DNA of 64,000 nt from Marsupella aquatica (taxonomy: Eukaryota > Plantae > Marchantiophyta). A program made the position numbers and the translations under genes. How positions within the stretch are numbered: position 1 is the first letter of the stretch; each line of letters begins with the position of its first letter. The notes beneath the pieces are model-generated. The model was not told the origin of the DNA, made no database searches, and worked only from the letters and a program-made list of their open reading frames with translations. The DNA lies in assembly GCA_973895155.1 (NCBI GenBank), contig OZ316897.1, positions 5,101,976 through 5,165,975 on the forward strand, in the 5' to 3' direction. Positions 50,699-64,000 of the stretch are shown one piece after another.

Positions 50699-53600
50699 AT
50701 GGACACTCGTCTCTTTATCGGTTCATGGAATGTCTATGGCTTATGTGAAGCCAATCAAAAACACATTGTGAAAAACTGGATTACATCGCTCAAAACTCCA
50801 TTGATAGCTCTAGCACTACAAGAGGTTAGAGCAAATAAATTTCGTTTAGACTTAGCTTTACGTACTATTCTACCTTCCTATCAACATCTTTCTGCTGAGT
50901 CTGATGAGGGCAAGGGCGGCACTTCCCTGTTGGTGCATCCTTCATTTCAAATCACTCAATCCGGTTTCATTGACAAGGGCAGAGCAGTCTGGGTCAAAGG
51001 CAAACTTGTAGAAGGACATTTTGGGATTGTGAGTATCTATGCTCGTAATACCCCTAGAGAGCGGGCTATTCTGTGGCACGACTTAAAAATCACTTTACCT
51101 CAGGATAACTGGATCGTCTGCGGAGATTTCAACATGGTCGAAAGAAGTTCAGACTCCACCGGTTCTTCACCACTACTCAAAGGAAGAGAAGCAGAATTTT
51201 GGAGGTTTTTCAAAATGAGATTCAACTTAGAAGATGCTGCCAACGTCACACAAGCATTTTGGGGTGCGGAATTTACTTGGCGGCGTATCATCAATTGCAA
51301 ACTAGTGCAATCTAGACTAGACAGGTTCTACTTGAGTGGAAAAAGCTGGTGGACGAGAGCGGTGATCGACTTGCTACATGAAGGTGGAACGGCTCTATCT
51401 GATCATGACCCTATTATTCTATGTTTCAGTCTCTCTCCTCCGGTTCTAGAAAGAAATGTGGCACACAAATCCTCTTTCTTCAAGGCTAATGACGGGCTAC
51501 TCAAATTGAAAGGATTTATTGACCAACTAGCTGTAGCCTGGACTTCGAGTGAAGTCACGATTTCAGACCCTCACCTTCACTTCTATCAAGCGAATCTACG
51601 TTTAAAAGACTATCACTCAGGATGTGTTGATCAATACACCCTGGGGGATCAAGAGAGGGATGTCTCCCTCATGCGAGGAAAACTTTGAGTCTTGAAAGCT
51701 GCTCTTACAAACACTTTCACTGATATGGAACTCAAAGACTATTCTACCATTGAGGACCAGGTCCGTGCAACGGAACACGAAGACGCGCAACTAGGCAGAA
51801 GACTCTCACGGATCAGCTGGCTGGGGCAAGGTGATGAACCTTCAAAATTTTACTTCGCCACCATTAAAGCTAAAAGGTCTAGAGAATTGATGCCTTCTCT
51901 TCTATTAGATAATGGGAACACTATCACTCAGGATGTGTTGATCTTACAAGAAGTAGAGAAGCAGTGCGCTCTTTTGTATGAAGCTCCTAAGGATTTACGT
52001 AACAGTGAATCAAGGGAGGTCCGTAATGCTCGGCACAAGCTTTTTGCAAATACCCGCAAGACCCTTACGGCAGAAGAAATCAGGAAACTGGAATCTCCGC
52101 CGACATTGGAGGAAATTTGTTGCACTCTTTGGCTTCTTCCAATGGACAAAGCTCCTGGCCCTGATGGCATCACTGCTGAGATTTACAGATCTTGCTGGCA
52201 TTTTATGAAGAATGATCTGCACGACATGATTCTTGACTTTTGGAGAACAGGCACCCTCTCAGCTAATCTGAAGGAAGGCGTGATTAAGTTGATTCCTAAG
52301 AAACCTGACAAGCGGAGACTGAAGGATTGGCGTCCTCTAACAATGCTCAACACAGTTTATAAAATTGTAGCGAAGCTTATGGCCTTAATACTTAAACCGC
52401 TCCTCAATAAGCTCATAAGCCCTCAGCTAACCGGCTTTATTCCGGGTCGTCACATATTAGAAAATATCTCTATTGCTTGGATGACTATCGATTGGGTCTG
52501 TTCCTAGAAGACGAGTGCACTTTTCCTGCTTCTTGATTTCGAAAAAGCATTTGATAGAGTATGCCACTCCTATATGTGGGAAGCTATGCATTTACTCGGT
52601 TTGGGTAGCCATTTCATTAGCCTGGTTAGATCCCTGCTAACTGGAGCCTATTCCAAAGTTCACGTCAACGGTATGTTCTCTCAGGACATCCAGATGCTTA
52701 GAGGGGTTCGCCAAGGGTGCCCTCTTTCCCCCCTCCTCTTTGTTATAGCCACTCAGCCGCTGATGGATTATCTGGACCATGAGATCAGTCAGGGCAGTTT
52801 TAGAGGCATTCAGATTTCTGAGTCTCTCTTGATCTCTTATAGATTATTTGCAGACGACTTGGGAATGGTTATACCAGCTACCGAAGAGGATTTCAAGGGA
52901 GCAACTGAGGCATTAGCTTGCTACGAACTGGCCTCTGGTGCCAAACTCAATCTTCGCAAAATCGACGGTGATTCCCCTGACTTCAGAAAATGTTCCAGAA
53001 TGGCTTACGAACACTGGATGCAGAATTAGCCTTCCTGGCCGAAATTCAGCGTAACCTGGGTGCACCACTCGGATGGGGCTTAACAGCCTCCCATCTTCAC
53101 AAATTCTGTCTTGACAAGCTCAGCGATAGACTTTCTAGCTGGGCCACTCGATTTCTATCGTTTACAGGACGCACTATTCTCATTAAACATGTGCTACAAG
53201 CGATACCCATTTATCACATGATGTTTTTGCGCAGCCCCAGCTCACTAGCCAAATTGATGGTTGCCTTATGTCGAGACTTTCTCTGGGGCTACAATGGTGC
53301 TGGTGGTAGAAAGATTCCTTTGGTTGCCTGGCAAACAATGGCCAGACCCAAAATTGATGGCGGCCTTGGCTTCAAAGATTTTAGAAGCCATTCAGATGCG
53401 CTTCTATGCCAATGGTTTACTTGAGCGCTGGACACGAAGCAGTCTGAATGGTCTTCCCTATTTGAAGCGAATCTACGTTTGGCAAAATGGAGGAATCAGA
53501 AACACATTCGGCGGAACAATCACTCTCTTTCCGATCTTTTATTACTCAGTTATCCTCTTTCCTTTGGCCGCCTTCAGTACACAGGGGGTTTGTGGAAGGC

Positions 53601-54630
53601 TTGGGAATGACTGCGTTCTCATCTTATTTTCTCCCCGGAAGCATCTAGTGTTGCCAGCTGGTGGAGCATTGAGGACGTACTTAGATGTTTTGAAAGTTTT
53701 CAGCAATTGGATGATCCTTCTCTCTGTTCTATGATTAAGCTATTGGGGAGAATAGGTATCAGGAAAATAGCAGATCTTCGGGGTGAACATCTCGTGGTCT
53801 TACATTACTACACTGGCAAACTATCACGTATCAGAGGTTTTGAGTGGAGGATTCGGGAGCTGTGTCTGCTTTTCATCCGGAAAATCCAGGGCATTTCAGA
53901 TGTTCAAGGCCCTCTCAGGTTTAGAGCCACACAATGGCGCTGGTCGGACAAGGAGGAGCGGATGGAAAAATTCTTTTTGCCCAATGCACGGATGTACCAT
54001 CTATTGAGACCTAAAGGCTCAGACTTTACCAGGCTCAACAGAATTTGGGGCCATTCACGCTCTGAACGGCAATGGAACAAGCTTTGGATCTCTCTATGGT
54101 CAACCGATCTTGCTCTCAAAGCTCGCACCTTTCTCTGGAGAATAATAGCACAAGGTCTTTTCACTGGGGTTAGAGCTGTGAGGATCGGGAAAGGAGACGG
54201 CCACTGTTTGCTTTGCTCCAATGTTTTGGAGACAATCCCACATCTTTTTCTTTCCTGCTCTTTTGCTCAACGCTGCTGGTCTTTGGTTGGCCAAACGTTT
54301 ATGGGCACTCTCAACTGGCAACAAGCTGATCTTTTTGCCACTCTGGAACTACGAGGTCACCAGGGAGCCCATAAATCCCTCAAAATCTTCATGATTTTCC
54401 ACACAATGTGGACTTTATGGCTGGCTAGAAATGAACAAGTTTTCAACTCTAGACAGACTCGTACCTTCAACATGAACCTGGTCTTGTCTGAACTTCTGGA
54501 TTCTCTTCATGGTATTTGTGAGGCCTCCGGCCCTAGCAGGAAACATACTAGAATTCTCAGGATTAAAGAATTAATAGGTATGGAAAAGTTGAGATGGATC
54601 ACGCGTTCAGATGCTAGGCTCTATAGCTAA
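50699..54630 (+). pseudogene. LINE ORF2 (APE endonuclease + reverse transcriptase + zf-RVT), disrupted
   Basis: SWNVYGL, LQEV, GDFN, SRLDRFY, SDHDPI; KAPGPDG, WRPLTMLN, LDFEKAFD, GVRQGCPLSP, LFADD; CLLCSNVLETIPHLFLSC, WLARNE. Stops at 51686 and 52505 plus frameshifts. Confidence 0.95.
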
Positions 54631-54880
54631 ACACATATCTTAGGTCGCTTGGCAGCGGTCTGATACTTTTTTTGGAGTGGTCCTCTTTGACCTGGAGTTT
54701 TGGCATAAACTGGCCCTCCGTTTTTGTTCTTTTCTGGCTTTGTTCGTTTGCCTTGTATGGCTTTTGGCCCCCCTTCCCATGGGTTTTTGCGGTTTTATTT
54801 TCAAAAATAAAAAATAAAAAATAAATACTTAACTCTAGATAGCCATAAACTATTGTACTCTTATTTGTCAAGGTGGTTGT

Positions 54881-55347
54881 GGGGTAGCGAGGATCATCAA
54901 TTATTAGTTTTTCCACTGAATTTTTTTTGAATATCAGGTGAGCAGCTGAGATGACGACTTTGCACTTCCACGCATCTTAGCTAGGCAGCTAAGATTGACT
55001 CAATCTCAGCTGAACGGAAAAAAGTTATTTAAAAATTATTTTCTTGAAAATTTCAAAACGAAAAAAAAATTGAAAAAAAAATTTGCTGAAATTCGGTGTC
55101 CATACCATACGACACCTGGTCATCTTGGCTGACCCCGCCGAGAAGCAATGTCCGTACGGTACGGACATCCATAGTGAAAAAAATTTCAAAAAGAGTTCTT
55201 TTTTTCTTCATCAAATTTTGAGAATTTTTTTTTTTTTTTCACATTTTTTTTCCGCGCCGCATCTTGGCGGCCTCTTTGAGATGATGTGGCAACTGATATC
55301 AGGTCGACTGATGAAAACGACTGATAACTGATGATGTAACTTTACTC
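54881..55347. mobile_element. Non-autonomous MULE-like MITE, copy 2
   Basis: TIRs GGGGTAGCGAGGATCATCAATTATT / reverse complement GAGTAAAGTTACATCATCAGTTATC. 10-bp TSD aggtggttgt/aagtggttgt (9/10). Same orientation as copy 1. Confidence 0.75.
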
Positions 55348-55491
55348 AAGTGGTTGTACTCTTTCCCTCGCAAGAGTATGAGAGGGTTTTAATGAGGCAA
55401 CACCTACATAAGACCAAAGTACAAGATATGAAACTTTTGTCGGAACACTTAACTAGCATAGAGTTGCTTGCATTACTCCCATAATACAATC

Positions 55492-55850
55492 AAGGGGGAG
55501 TGTTAGAATATGACAGTTAAGTCACCGGGGTTACTTACCTAACCCTAGTTAGGAACCTTGTAACCCCTCATACAATCTATATAAACATTACCCGAGGGAG
55601 AAGGGGATTCAGTTAAAGTTCTATCCAAACAATTAGCTCTAAAACACCAAGATTCATTCCCGTAAGGAATAAGTAAAATGATTTACTTAGGTTTTATGTG
55701 ATTTGAAATCCTAAAGCGGTTTCTTTATTGTTTTGATCACAGGATCCTGAAACTATTTTTATGTCACAAATCCTATAATGAATTTCCTTAGGCTCTCCTT
55801 CTCAATAGATAAAATAAGTTTTCTCTTCTCTTCAACTTCCTTATACACCA
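55492..55850 (+). mobile_element. Copia-like polypurine tract plus LTR remnant
   Basis: PPT AAGGGGGAG directly followed by TGTTAG at 55501; TATA-like ctatataaa at ~55577. The 3' boundary (CA) is uncertain. Confidence 0.5.
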
Positions 55851-56729
55851 ATGGTGATCGGTTTTATGTTGTAAGAGTCAATACAATTCACTCATTCACT
55901 AAATTTCAAAGACTCGCCTTATTCATTCATTCAATTCTATTCTCTATCTCTAATTCATACATCCAAAACCTCAATGCTTGAATTTAATTTAGATGATGTT
56001 GTAATTTTCCTTCATTAGATTCTCTCTCCTAAGCCCAATTTGCCATGAGAGAAAGACCCACAACTTGGTCAAAAATAAATGTGGAAGAAAAGACATTGAA
56101 AACAGTCTTGGGAGTCCAAGTATAGGCTCCCTAATGGCCTTAGATGCCAAAAGATTCCTAAAGGACTAAGATCTATTCATATCTAAACATGGGCCGGGGA
56201 CTTAAAAAGGTGAGATAACTAAGACCTTTTGAAATCTAAATTCCTAAGGGTGACTAAATGAGTCACTTGGTATCCTATCCCTACTTAACCAATACAAAAG
56301 CTTGAATGAGGGAAAAAGGTGTAAAACGATTTAAAAGACAAGTGCCAAAATATCCCGGAGAATGGGTTTGAGATATTTTCAACTTCTTTGGTTTTGTCGG
56401 CTCCAAAATTCTTCATCTAGCCCTTTCCAATAGCTTTCCAACAAGCCTAAAATCTCATTCATCCGACATCAGGCCGATTCACAATGGTCATTCAAAGTTG
56501 CCGCCGAAAACACAAAGCAATTCTTCAACTCCAAAGCAATTTTTCTCCGGTTTTCTTCCAAAGCAATATTTCGGTCAAAACTCAAACTTCTTAAACTTCT
56601 TCCAGAACTTTCTTTTAAGGGTCACAATAGGTTCAAAGATGGCTGATTGCTTTGAATTAGCTCCAAATGATGTCAAAAAGTTTAAAATGTTATCAGTTTT
56701 ACCACATATCTCCATATTGCCATTTCACA

Positions 56730-58242
56730 TGGAGAAACTACAAGACTGTGCCAAGCAACAAGTACGGATAAGGTATTGCTTTGCACCCACGTACCTTTGG
56801 TAAGTTATGCTACACCAGACAGTTGTGGAAGGCTTGGACACTAGTACGAGAGAGTCTTATTTTCTGCCCTAAGACTGATCACATCCTGGCCGATGGGGAA
56901 TTGAGGATAGTGTAAGATGCTTGAGGGGATTCTATGATCTGCCTGATGAGAAGATTACAGAAATTACAGGGAACTTTGGAAGGTGGGTATACGGAAGGTG
57001 GGGGATTTGTGGTCCATTGCTGGGAATCATTGGAAGAACATTGAACCTCTCTTACTCAGGGGTCTCTTGGAGGCTGATCGATTACTTTGCCCCTCCTTCT
57101 TCGAGTTGTTCATGATACTATTTTTGCTGATCACCGGACTGAATCTTGCGCCAACCAGTGGCGCTGGATTGATTGGGATGTTCGGATGACCAAATGATCG
57201 CCCATTGGGTTTATGAGATGATCTGACCCAAAGGCTCGGATTTTGAACGGCTTAATCGTATATGGGGGAAAGCATGTACTGTAGCTGAGTGGAACACTAT
57301 TTGGAAGACACTCTGGTTATCTGGAGAATTTTGGCACAGGGACTATTTTCTGGTTCCAGGGCTCTAAGTATTGGGAAATCTACAGGTGTCTGTATCCTCT
57401 GCGTGAACTCTCCGGAAACAATTCCTCACATTTTTGCTTATTGCAGTTATGCTAGAAGTTGCTGGTCTGTGGCCCAAGGATGGCTGACAGGACGCCTTTT
57501 TGACAAAGATCTGGACTTGGTGGGACTACTACTGGCTTCTAAAGGAAAGACCCCTCTCTTCACACTCCGCTTCTTTGCTATGTATCAGATTTTTTGGATG
57601 ATCTGGCTAGCGCGGAATGCTCAGACTTTGATTTATCACATAGGAGGACTTTTAACCAGATGGGGGTTCTCTCGGAGGTCTTAGATAATTTCATGGCGGT
57701 GGCTGTGAATTCTGGATTGAGTCGCAAGCATCTACGCCTGACTGCTGCCAGGGCTATGATGGAAGCGGAGAGGAACGTGATTATGAGGTCTAGGGTAATA
57801 TAGGTTGAATGGACTGTTCTTAGGATAGTTAGCATCGGTGGCGGCTAGTGTTACTCAGTATTGCCTTTCCCTATTCTGTTGGGTGTTTGTGTTGCACTCC
57901 TGGATATATGTTACTCGCGACCCTTGGTGGTGAGCTGGGCTTGCCTTACAACCTGGATTGCTTTAGACCTTGATGAATACCCTTCCCCCTTGACTTGGCT
58001 GACTGACTGGGGATGCCTGGTGGGTTGCTTTTCCTGGGAGTCCCTTCCCTCAGTCTTTTGGGCTCCTTTCACACTTGGAGAAACCCTTGTTGCTTTTATG
58101 AGGTTTCCCTTATACCTTGTTCTTTCAAAGCCCATTGTGGCTTTTTTGCCTTTTGGCCTGCTTGGTCCCCCTTTCCCTCGGGTTCACGCGGAATAAATGA
58201 AGATTTCTGAATAAAATAAAATAAAAATAAAAATAAAATAAT
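56730..58242 (+). mobile_element. 5'-truncated L1 LINE (3' ORF2/zf-RVT, 3' UTR, (AAAAT)n tail)
   Basis: IWRILAQGLFSG..CILC..ETIPHIFAYC..FWMIWLARN; tail at 58209-58242. Homologous to 53450-54820. The 5' boundary is approximate. Confidence 0.85.
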
Positions 58243-60269
58243 CTGGTTTGTTAGTGTTTCCCACCTGTTTCTTATTGTTTGGGATGTTACCTTTTAATCT
58301 TCCAAGTGTTTTGTTGGTTCTCGGATGTAACCATTTTTGCTGGCGTTGGATCAAACAAGATTGATCATATTAGTTTCTTTTGGCAAACATAGTCGCTTGT
58401 CTTTGCTACAAAAATTGCTAACCTGATTGCAAGTTGTGCCAAGAATTTTGTAAGCTACTTATATCACGGGGTAGGTAATTAGTTGTGGTGAGCTAGGGCT
58501 ACGTGAGAGAGTTTCTCGACATGGGACAGAGCATCAAGGCAGAGGGTATGTATCCTCAAGGACAACTATCTACCCTTTTAATCTAATAAAAAATACGAGG
58601 TGGTTAGGGACTAGAAAGACTGGTAACTAACTTTTGAGGTAACTTAGGTTCCAGGTTACAGGGAGAGCATGAAGGCGGGAATGGGATTACTATTGTCAAA
58701 GAAACGGTACTGCTTGCAAATACGATTGTGCCACGTAGAAACGACTACTACTCTAGTCGCGTGAACTGTCCCGCAGTAGAATAGTTTACATACAATATGT
58801 ACGCAGTTCATCGTATTGGCGTAAACCACGTACAACGTGCGGTTCAAGAGTTATTGTCCAAGGAAGGACTTTCTCCCACATAATAATTGACAATAATGTA
58901 TTCCCGATCGTGGCCAGTGGTAACTTTATGTTGCTTGGAGTGGCGTGCGGCGGGCGTGACGTTTTGCAAGCACCGGTCGTCCTCTATATCCTGAGTTGGA
59001 CAGGTTACATCCCTAGACCCCGGTGCCACGGATGAACTTGTGGGGTGGTGTACACTCCGGGGCCAGATCAACCTAAATAGGACAGTATAATAAGGGACCG
59101 GTCCGCGCGCTACGCCATGCCCGTCAGGTCTCATATTAACCGAGCGAGTTCTGTGTTTCCCTTGGCCTTGTACCACCCCGCCGAGACCCCACTCATACTT
59201 CTGCTGCCGACCTTCACACAAAGCTGTTGTCCATATTCAGACATCAGGTTAGATCGATCGACTTGTTAGGACCGAAGGGACTAGCACACATATTAGTTTG
59301 TTGTAGATAGGAAGGAAAACGGATGGGAAGGAGACTCGAGTTTGGGTTCACCTCCGGATTTTTCTACTTGATTGCTTTCAATGATGTTTGGGAAGGTGTA
59401 GGACAACGTATTTGTGTCGAAAATCGTGCGTTGGGGTGGTTGGGCAGACAAGGTATGTATGTATCATTTGTTTATGATACGTGACTTTTAATCTTCGATG
59501 TTGGATCCTCCTCCTTTTCTCCCTCTCAGTTCAAGCAAATCAAAAGCTTGCACGATTGTTTTCTTGCATCGTTGAATGATGCTTGCTCGCGGCTCTCAAA
59601 CCCCAGCCCTATTTCCCCGAGCTCGAGCTCTGGTGGTGCGAGGGAACTCCTTTTCTCCCTCACTTGTCTGTCACGAAACTCTTCGGAAAGTTTTGATGAC
59701 AATACATGGTCATGTCGCCTCCGGCCTTCTCTCTGCCTCCCTGGGGATGTCAGACAGATGTTTTGTCAGGTTTCCGCTGAACTTCCTTCGACAACGATTC
59801 GCTCGATCGAATTGGGTCTTTTGATTTTGGAACCTGCCGCGGTTTTGAAAAGTCTATTGATAAATTTTGGCTTCGTATGATAAGTTGTCGTAGTTCTGCC
59901 ATACATCTGATCCTTGCTTTGTTTCAAGCTCTGCTACGTCCGTCGTAGGTCCTAATGATGGAGTTGTTCCGTGCAGGCGCATTGCGGGATTCGAAATTCA
60001 ATTGTTATCCGGGAATCTCGCAATCAAGTATCGGAAGCTTTCGGGATTGTAGTTTTCCACCTATGCCCACAGGGTCCCTGACTCCAGATTTGTAGTCAAT
60101 CGTTAAGCCCAATTTATTTGCCAAAGTTCTAGAACCATAGATTTGGAAGATTCCACCGCTGCACACATGGGGGACAGGTCACAGTAGTGAGAAATCGCCG
60201 GGGCTGTTTTCTAGCAGCCTGGGCATGCAGTAGGAAGCAAATTGATATCAAATTACATTTCAGGGTGGG

Positions 60270-63200
60270 ATGAGGAACGATGCCAACTTACTTGCGAGAA
60301 GTCCCAGGGGAGGGCGTGGTAGTTTTTTCCCTTCTTCACTCCGTGCAATCTCGACCTATCTTCGGTCGGTGTCTGCCAATGCAAGTAATATTGCATCTAA
60401 CGTGCGCTCTGGCGTCGTTTCTCCGGTATCGAGTGGCTCGCTTCATGAAGACGACCGACAACGCGAGCAGGTACTAGTAAAGTTTCGCACAGAAAAAAAT
60501 TATCTCTAAACGGGACTCGATTTCTTGCGTGTCCTGGGAAATGCTCCCATGTATCATTGAGTGTTGCAGCCTTCCACGCTTCCACTTTCCATCATATTAT
60601 CGACTTCTTTATATACACTGGATGATCCATGCATGAGGATCTAACCGTTTTATCGGTGAATTTTCCTCTCGGTGAATTTTCCTACAATGTCCCTGTGTGT
60701 GGCCTAAGATGTTAAAGCGAGATTAAGGTATATAAGTGTGGAATCTCAGCTCAAAGTCTTGGTACTGGGGCTGACTTCGGAGATGCCTTTTTTGTTTATC
60801 TAATTGAGATGCCTCTTTTGTTTATCTAAATTTTGACGATCCGTCTGACCCGCGGTCAAACTCTCGTGCCGTCCTGGGCTTTGGAGGCCTCAGGTCATCT
60901 TTGAAGATAGATGCTACGAGAACTGTCTGGAGTGGTTTTTGATTGTCTCTGATCTCTACATCTCACTGCCTGGAATATAGCGACCTTCGCATGTTGTTGT
61001 GGAATATTCGCTTATTTTCTAGGTGTCACTTTCGGTTAAACCTGAAATCGGCACGCTTGGATGTGCTGTAGTACTCCTGGTTCTGAAAGCCATCTTAAAA
61101 TGATTTTGCTTCGGTGTGCTTCAAGAGTCCTTCACTAATTCTGCCCGTTTGTCCTATAATTGCAGGTGCAGTGGGCAGGTTTTGATAGATTGGAGTTAGT
61201 TTCAGGCGAGATACGTCATGTTTTGTTGCTAACATATCTGAATGGATTTCAAGTATGGGATGTGGAGGAGGCGAGAAACGTGCGGGAGCTCGTTTCTCGT
61301 CGGGATGGACCTGTTTCTTTTCTGCGTTTGCAGCCGAGGCCCTATTCTCAAGAATCTCCTGATGGGGGAGGGGTCCTCAAAGCTACCCATCCGCTCATGT
61401 TGGTCGTTACTGCAGATTCTGCAAACACAGGCAGCCATAGTCCAGGGGCCTTTCCGGCGAACTATAATGCGGGCGGCGCCGGAGGTCCTCCCGGAGGCCC
61501 AATCCCTCATATTATACCAACAATGATTCGTTTCTACTCTCTGCAAACTCATTCATATGTCCATGTGTTGCGATTTCGAACTGGAATATACGCTGTCCGT
61601 TGCAGCCCACGAGTAGTCGTTGTTGCTCTGTACAATCAGGTGGGCCTAATATGTTTGAGCTTTGTGCAAGATTTGGATATTTTACTTGGGAAGTGATCTG
61701 AATTTTGATGCTTAGCTTTTAAGGTTTTGTCATAGTAGGATACGAGTCTCTCATGCCCACTCCATTGCCATTTTGCTTAATTAATGATTACTTGACTTTT
61801 TATTGTCCAGATATATTGCTTCGATGCCGCATCATTGCAAAACACATTTAGTGTACTTACCTATCCTACACCTCCCCCTGGACCGGGTGCCACCACCATT
61901 GGTTTTGGAGCAATTGCCGTAGGGCCGCGATGGCTTGCATATGCGGCAAACCAGCCACTCATCGCCAGCACTGGTCGCGTGTCTCCACAACACCTGACCC
62001 CTTCTCCGGGCATTAGCCCATCCACCTCACCTGCAAATGCTAGCCTGGTTGCTCACTACGCAAAAGAATCGAGCAAACACATTGCTGCTGGTATTGTGAC
62101 TCTCGGTGACATGGGCTACAAAACTATCTCAAGATATTGTTCGGAACTTCTACCTGATGGTGCCGGTTCTCCTAGTACAGGTAGTCCAAGCTGGAAAAAT
62201 AGCAGCAACGGCCACTCTGCTTGGCAAGGAGTTCCTGCACATGAGCCACCGGAGTACGCTGGAATGGTGCGGATCACAAAGTTTTAAGTGAAGAACATTT
62301 AGCTTTACTGCAAGACCAGTGGAGATCGTCTTTCTTTCCATGTTCGTCAGTTTCGACATTCTGGTTTTCTCGTTTTGTCTCTTTAGCGACATGTTGCCGC
62401 AGACTCTTGTCTTCCAGATTAAGGTTTTCTGATTAAATGCAGAGAGCTTTTCCTCGGAGCTAACATGGGATAACTGTATGCGAGTTGTTCTGCAGATTAT
62501 TGTACGTGACTTTGTGAGCAAGACAATTGTAGCACAGTTTCGAGCCCATACTAGCCCTATTTCTGCTCTGGCCTTTGATCCCAGTGGCACACTTCTTGTA
62601 ACTGCATCTATCTACGGCCACAATTTGAATGTGTTCCGACTGACACCTTCAACAACAGGAGCCGGTGTTTCAACTGGATATGATGGTCACATGTCGTATG
62701 TTCACTTGTACAAACTTTATCGAGGGCTTACTAATGCGGTTAGTTGGATTTCTTCCCATTTTCTCTCAATACACAGATGTTGAAATTGAGATTTGTGAGC
62801 GACACTTGACCTTTTTGATCTTTTCAAGCACAAAGAATCGGTTGGGAGGGTCCACACTAGAATTCACACGTTGTGCTAAACAGGCGAATTTAGAGATGGC
62901 CCACCTTGCAGCCACTCCGATACCTCCGTTTCTGCCAGCAGACTTGCTTTGAAGTACGTGATCGTCATTTCCTGTTGATACGTAAACACTGTCGCACCCA
63001 GTGTCTATCATGGGCAATTTACCACTTTCTGCAGATTTGCAGCTCACGTAGAGCACCTTTTTTTGCTATTTATAGGGAAGAAAGCAGCGAACACATTACC
63101 CACTTCCAGATTACAACAATTCCACATGTTAAATGTGACCTTTCGTGTGTTAACTTACAGCACCCTATTGTACTTTTGATCTCATTTTTGGATAGGTTTT

Positions 63201-64000
63201 TTGAACTACAATTCTGTTCGTTCTGTGGGATCTTTTCTCTCACAAACCGGACTGTTTTTTAGAGAACGCATGAGCAGTAAAGTTTTGGAATGATATCAGG
63301 AGGAGTACTTCGACACGGCTTGCATCTGTCATTGACCGTCTATATTGTCACTCCCACACATTTATTACCCAAAGGGTGTTCCTAGATTCCGTCTCATATC
63401 TCTTTGGGCCCAGAACAAAGAAATCCGTTACTCTCAATTTCTAGAGCAGGTTTTATCCTAGCCTCATTCAGGGCTTGCGAAGTATGCATACTGAGTGATT
63501 TATATGATTTCTCTTGTTACAGGAATTCTTGTGGAAGTAGTTCCTAAGTTGGTGTGAGGTATCGTCTCCCTAGTAAAACAATCAGAGAATTCGAATGGTG
63601 TAATACTTAATAAAGAGTAATTATACAATGAGCAGCGAGGTGGCAATTGGGGGAAGAAGGGAAACTGGTGCTAGGGAGGTCTCGTGTCGGGATAACTAGA
63701 AGCACAATGAGTGCCATACCTGTTGTTTTTAGGTACTTAGGCAATCACAGTTGTTCAATTTGTGTTGCGTTGCCATCCTGACTGGACGGTCACTGTTTCG
63801 CAGGTGATTCAAGATGTTAGCTTCAGTAGTGACAGTCAGTGGATTGCTGTTAGTTCTTCGAGAGGCACGAGCCACATGTTCGCTATATCGCCTTTTGGAG
63901 GACCAGTAGGTCCGCAGACGCACGGGGCAATACCTGTTGATGGGTTAATAGGCCCGACTTTCATGCCGGCTCCTACTTTTCCCTGGTGGTCAAGCCCGGG
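60270..64000 (+). CDS. ATG18: Autophagy-related protein 18 (ATG18f/g/h, BCAS3-type WD40 PROPPIN), 5' exons; gene continues past the window
   Basis: Exons 60270-60470, 61166-61639, 61811-62266, 62496-62738 and 63804->64000, with GT-AG introns, in frame. Motifs GFQVWDVE, ELVSRRDGPVSFL, AVGPRWLAYA, QFRAHTSPISALAFDPSGTLLVTAS, LYRGLTNA|VIQD.SFS.DSQWIAVSSSRGTSH. Confidence 0.95.

Larger units (their letters stand above)
44025..54823 (+). mobile_element. L1-type LINE with both ends present, interrupted by a CACTA remnant
   Basis: TSD AATACTTAACT at 44014-44024 and 54824-54834 (16/17 match when extended). 5' UTR with gctgggagagctgagga repeats. ORF1 start MDTNAHSG at ~44355; ORF1 resumes at 49148; ORF2; A-rich tail (AAAAAT-type units). 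Confidence 0.88.

Noticed and set aside
39251-55347. Two direct-repeat MITE copies as LTRs or as ends of a composite transposon around the Sola2-like gene
   Set aside because: The copies are substantially diverged, lack TG..CA/PBS/PPT, and each has its own TIRs and putative TSD, which indicates independent insertions.
60650-60830. Small tandem duplications in ATG18 intron 1
   Set aside because: Ordinary 16-26-bp slippage duplications with no further structure.

Overview
Eukaryotic, TE-dense window from a land plant; a bryophyte such as a liverwort is likely, but that is inference from the TE and gene style. It holds two apparently intact host genes: a 5-exon stand-alone HDA5 C-terminal (GGCT-like) domain gene at 28723-30894 (-) and the 5' part of an ATG18f/g/h (BCAS3-type) gene at 60270->64000 (+). 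Most of the rest is two nests of transposons whose order can be read from termini and target-site duplications. Nest 1: a PIF/Harbinger transposase gene (23464->2409, -) has a complete 18.5-kb CACTA element (4107-22646, TSD TCA) in its ~95-bp intron and a 5'-truncated L1 (2742-3785, 16-bp TSD) in exon 2. Nest 2: a Sola2-like DDD transposase locus is interrupted by an L1 (44025-54823, TSD AATACTTAACT), which contains a deleted second CACTA (~44661-49147). The most striking feature is the CACTA cargo: an intact, intronless, stand-alone EDM2-type composite PHD module, followed by a tandem-BRCT gene (conserved in the second CACTA), an F-box-like ORF and a Cys-rich ORF. This is a candidate TE-encoded chromatin-reading or anti-silencing cassette. 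Other TE-linked accessory genes are two paralogous RPA70-C-like OB/Zn proteins, a RING-H2 protein, a decayed Ulp1-like protease and a ParB-like domain. Two MULE-like MITEs share a target motif. All family calls come from motif recognition by eye; no database searches were run.
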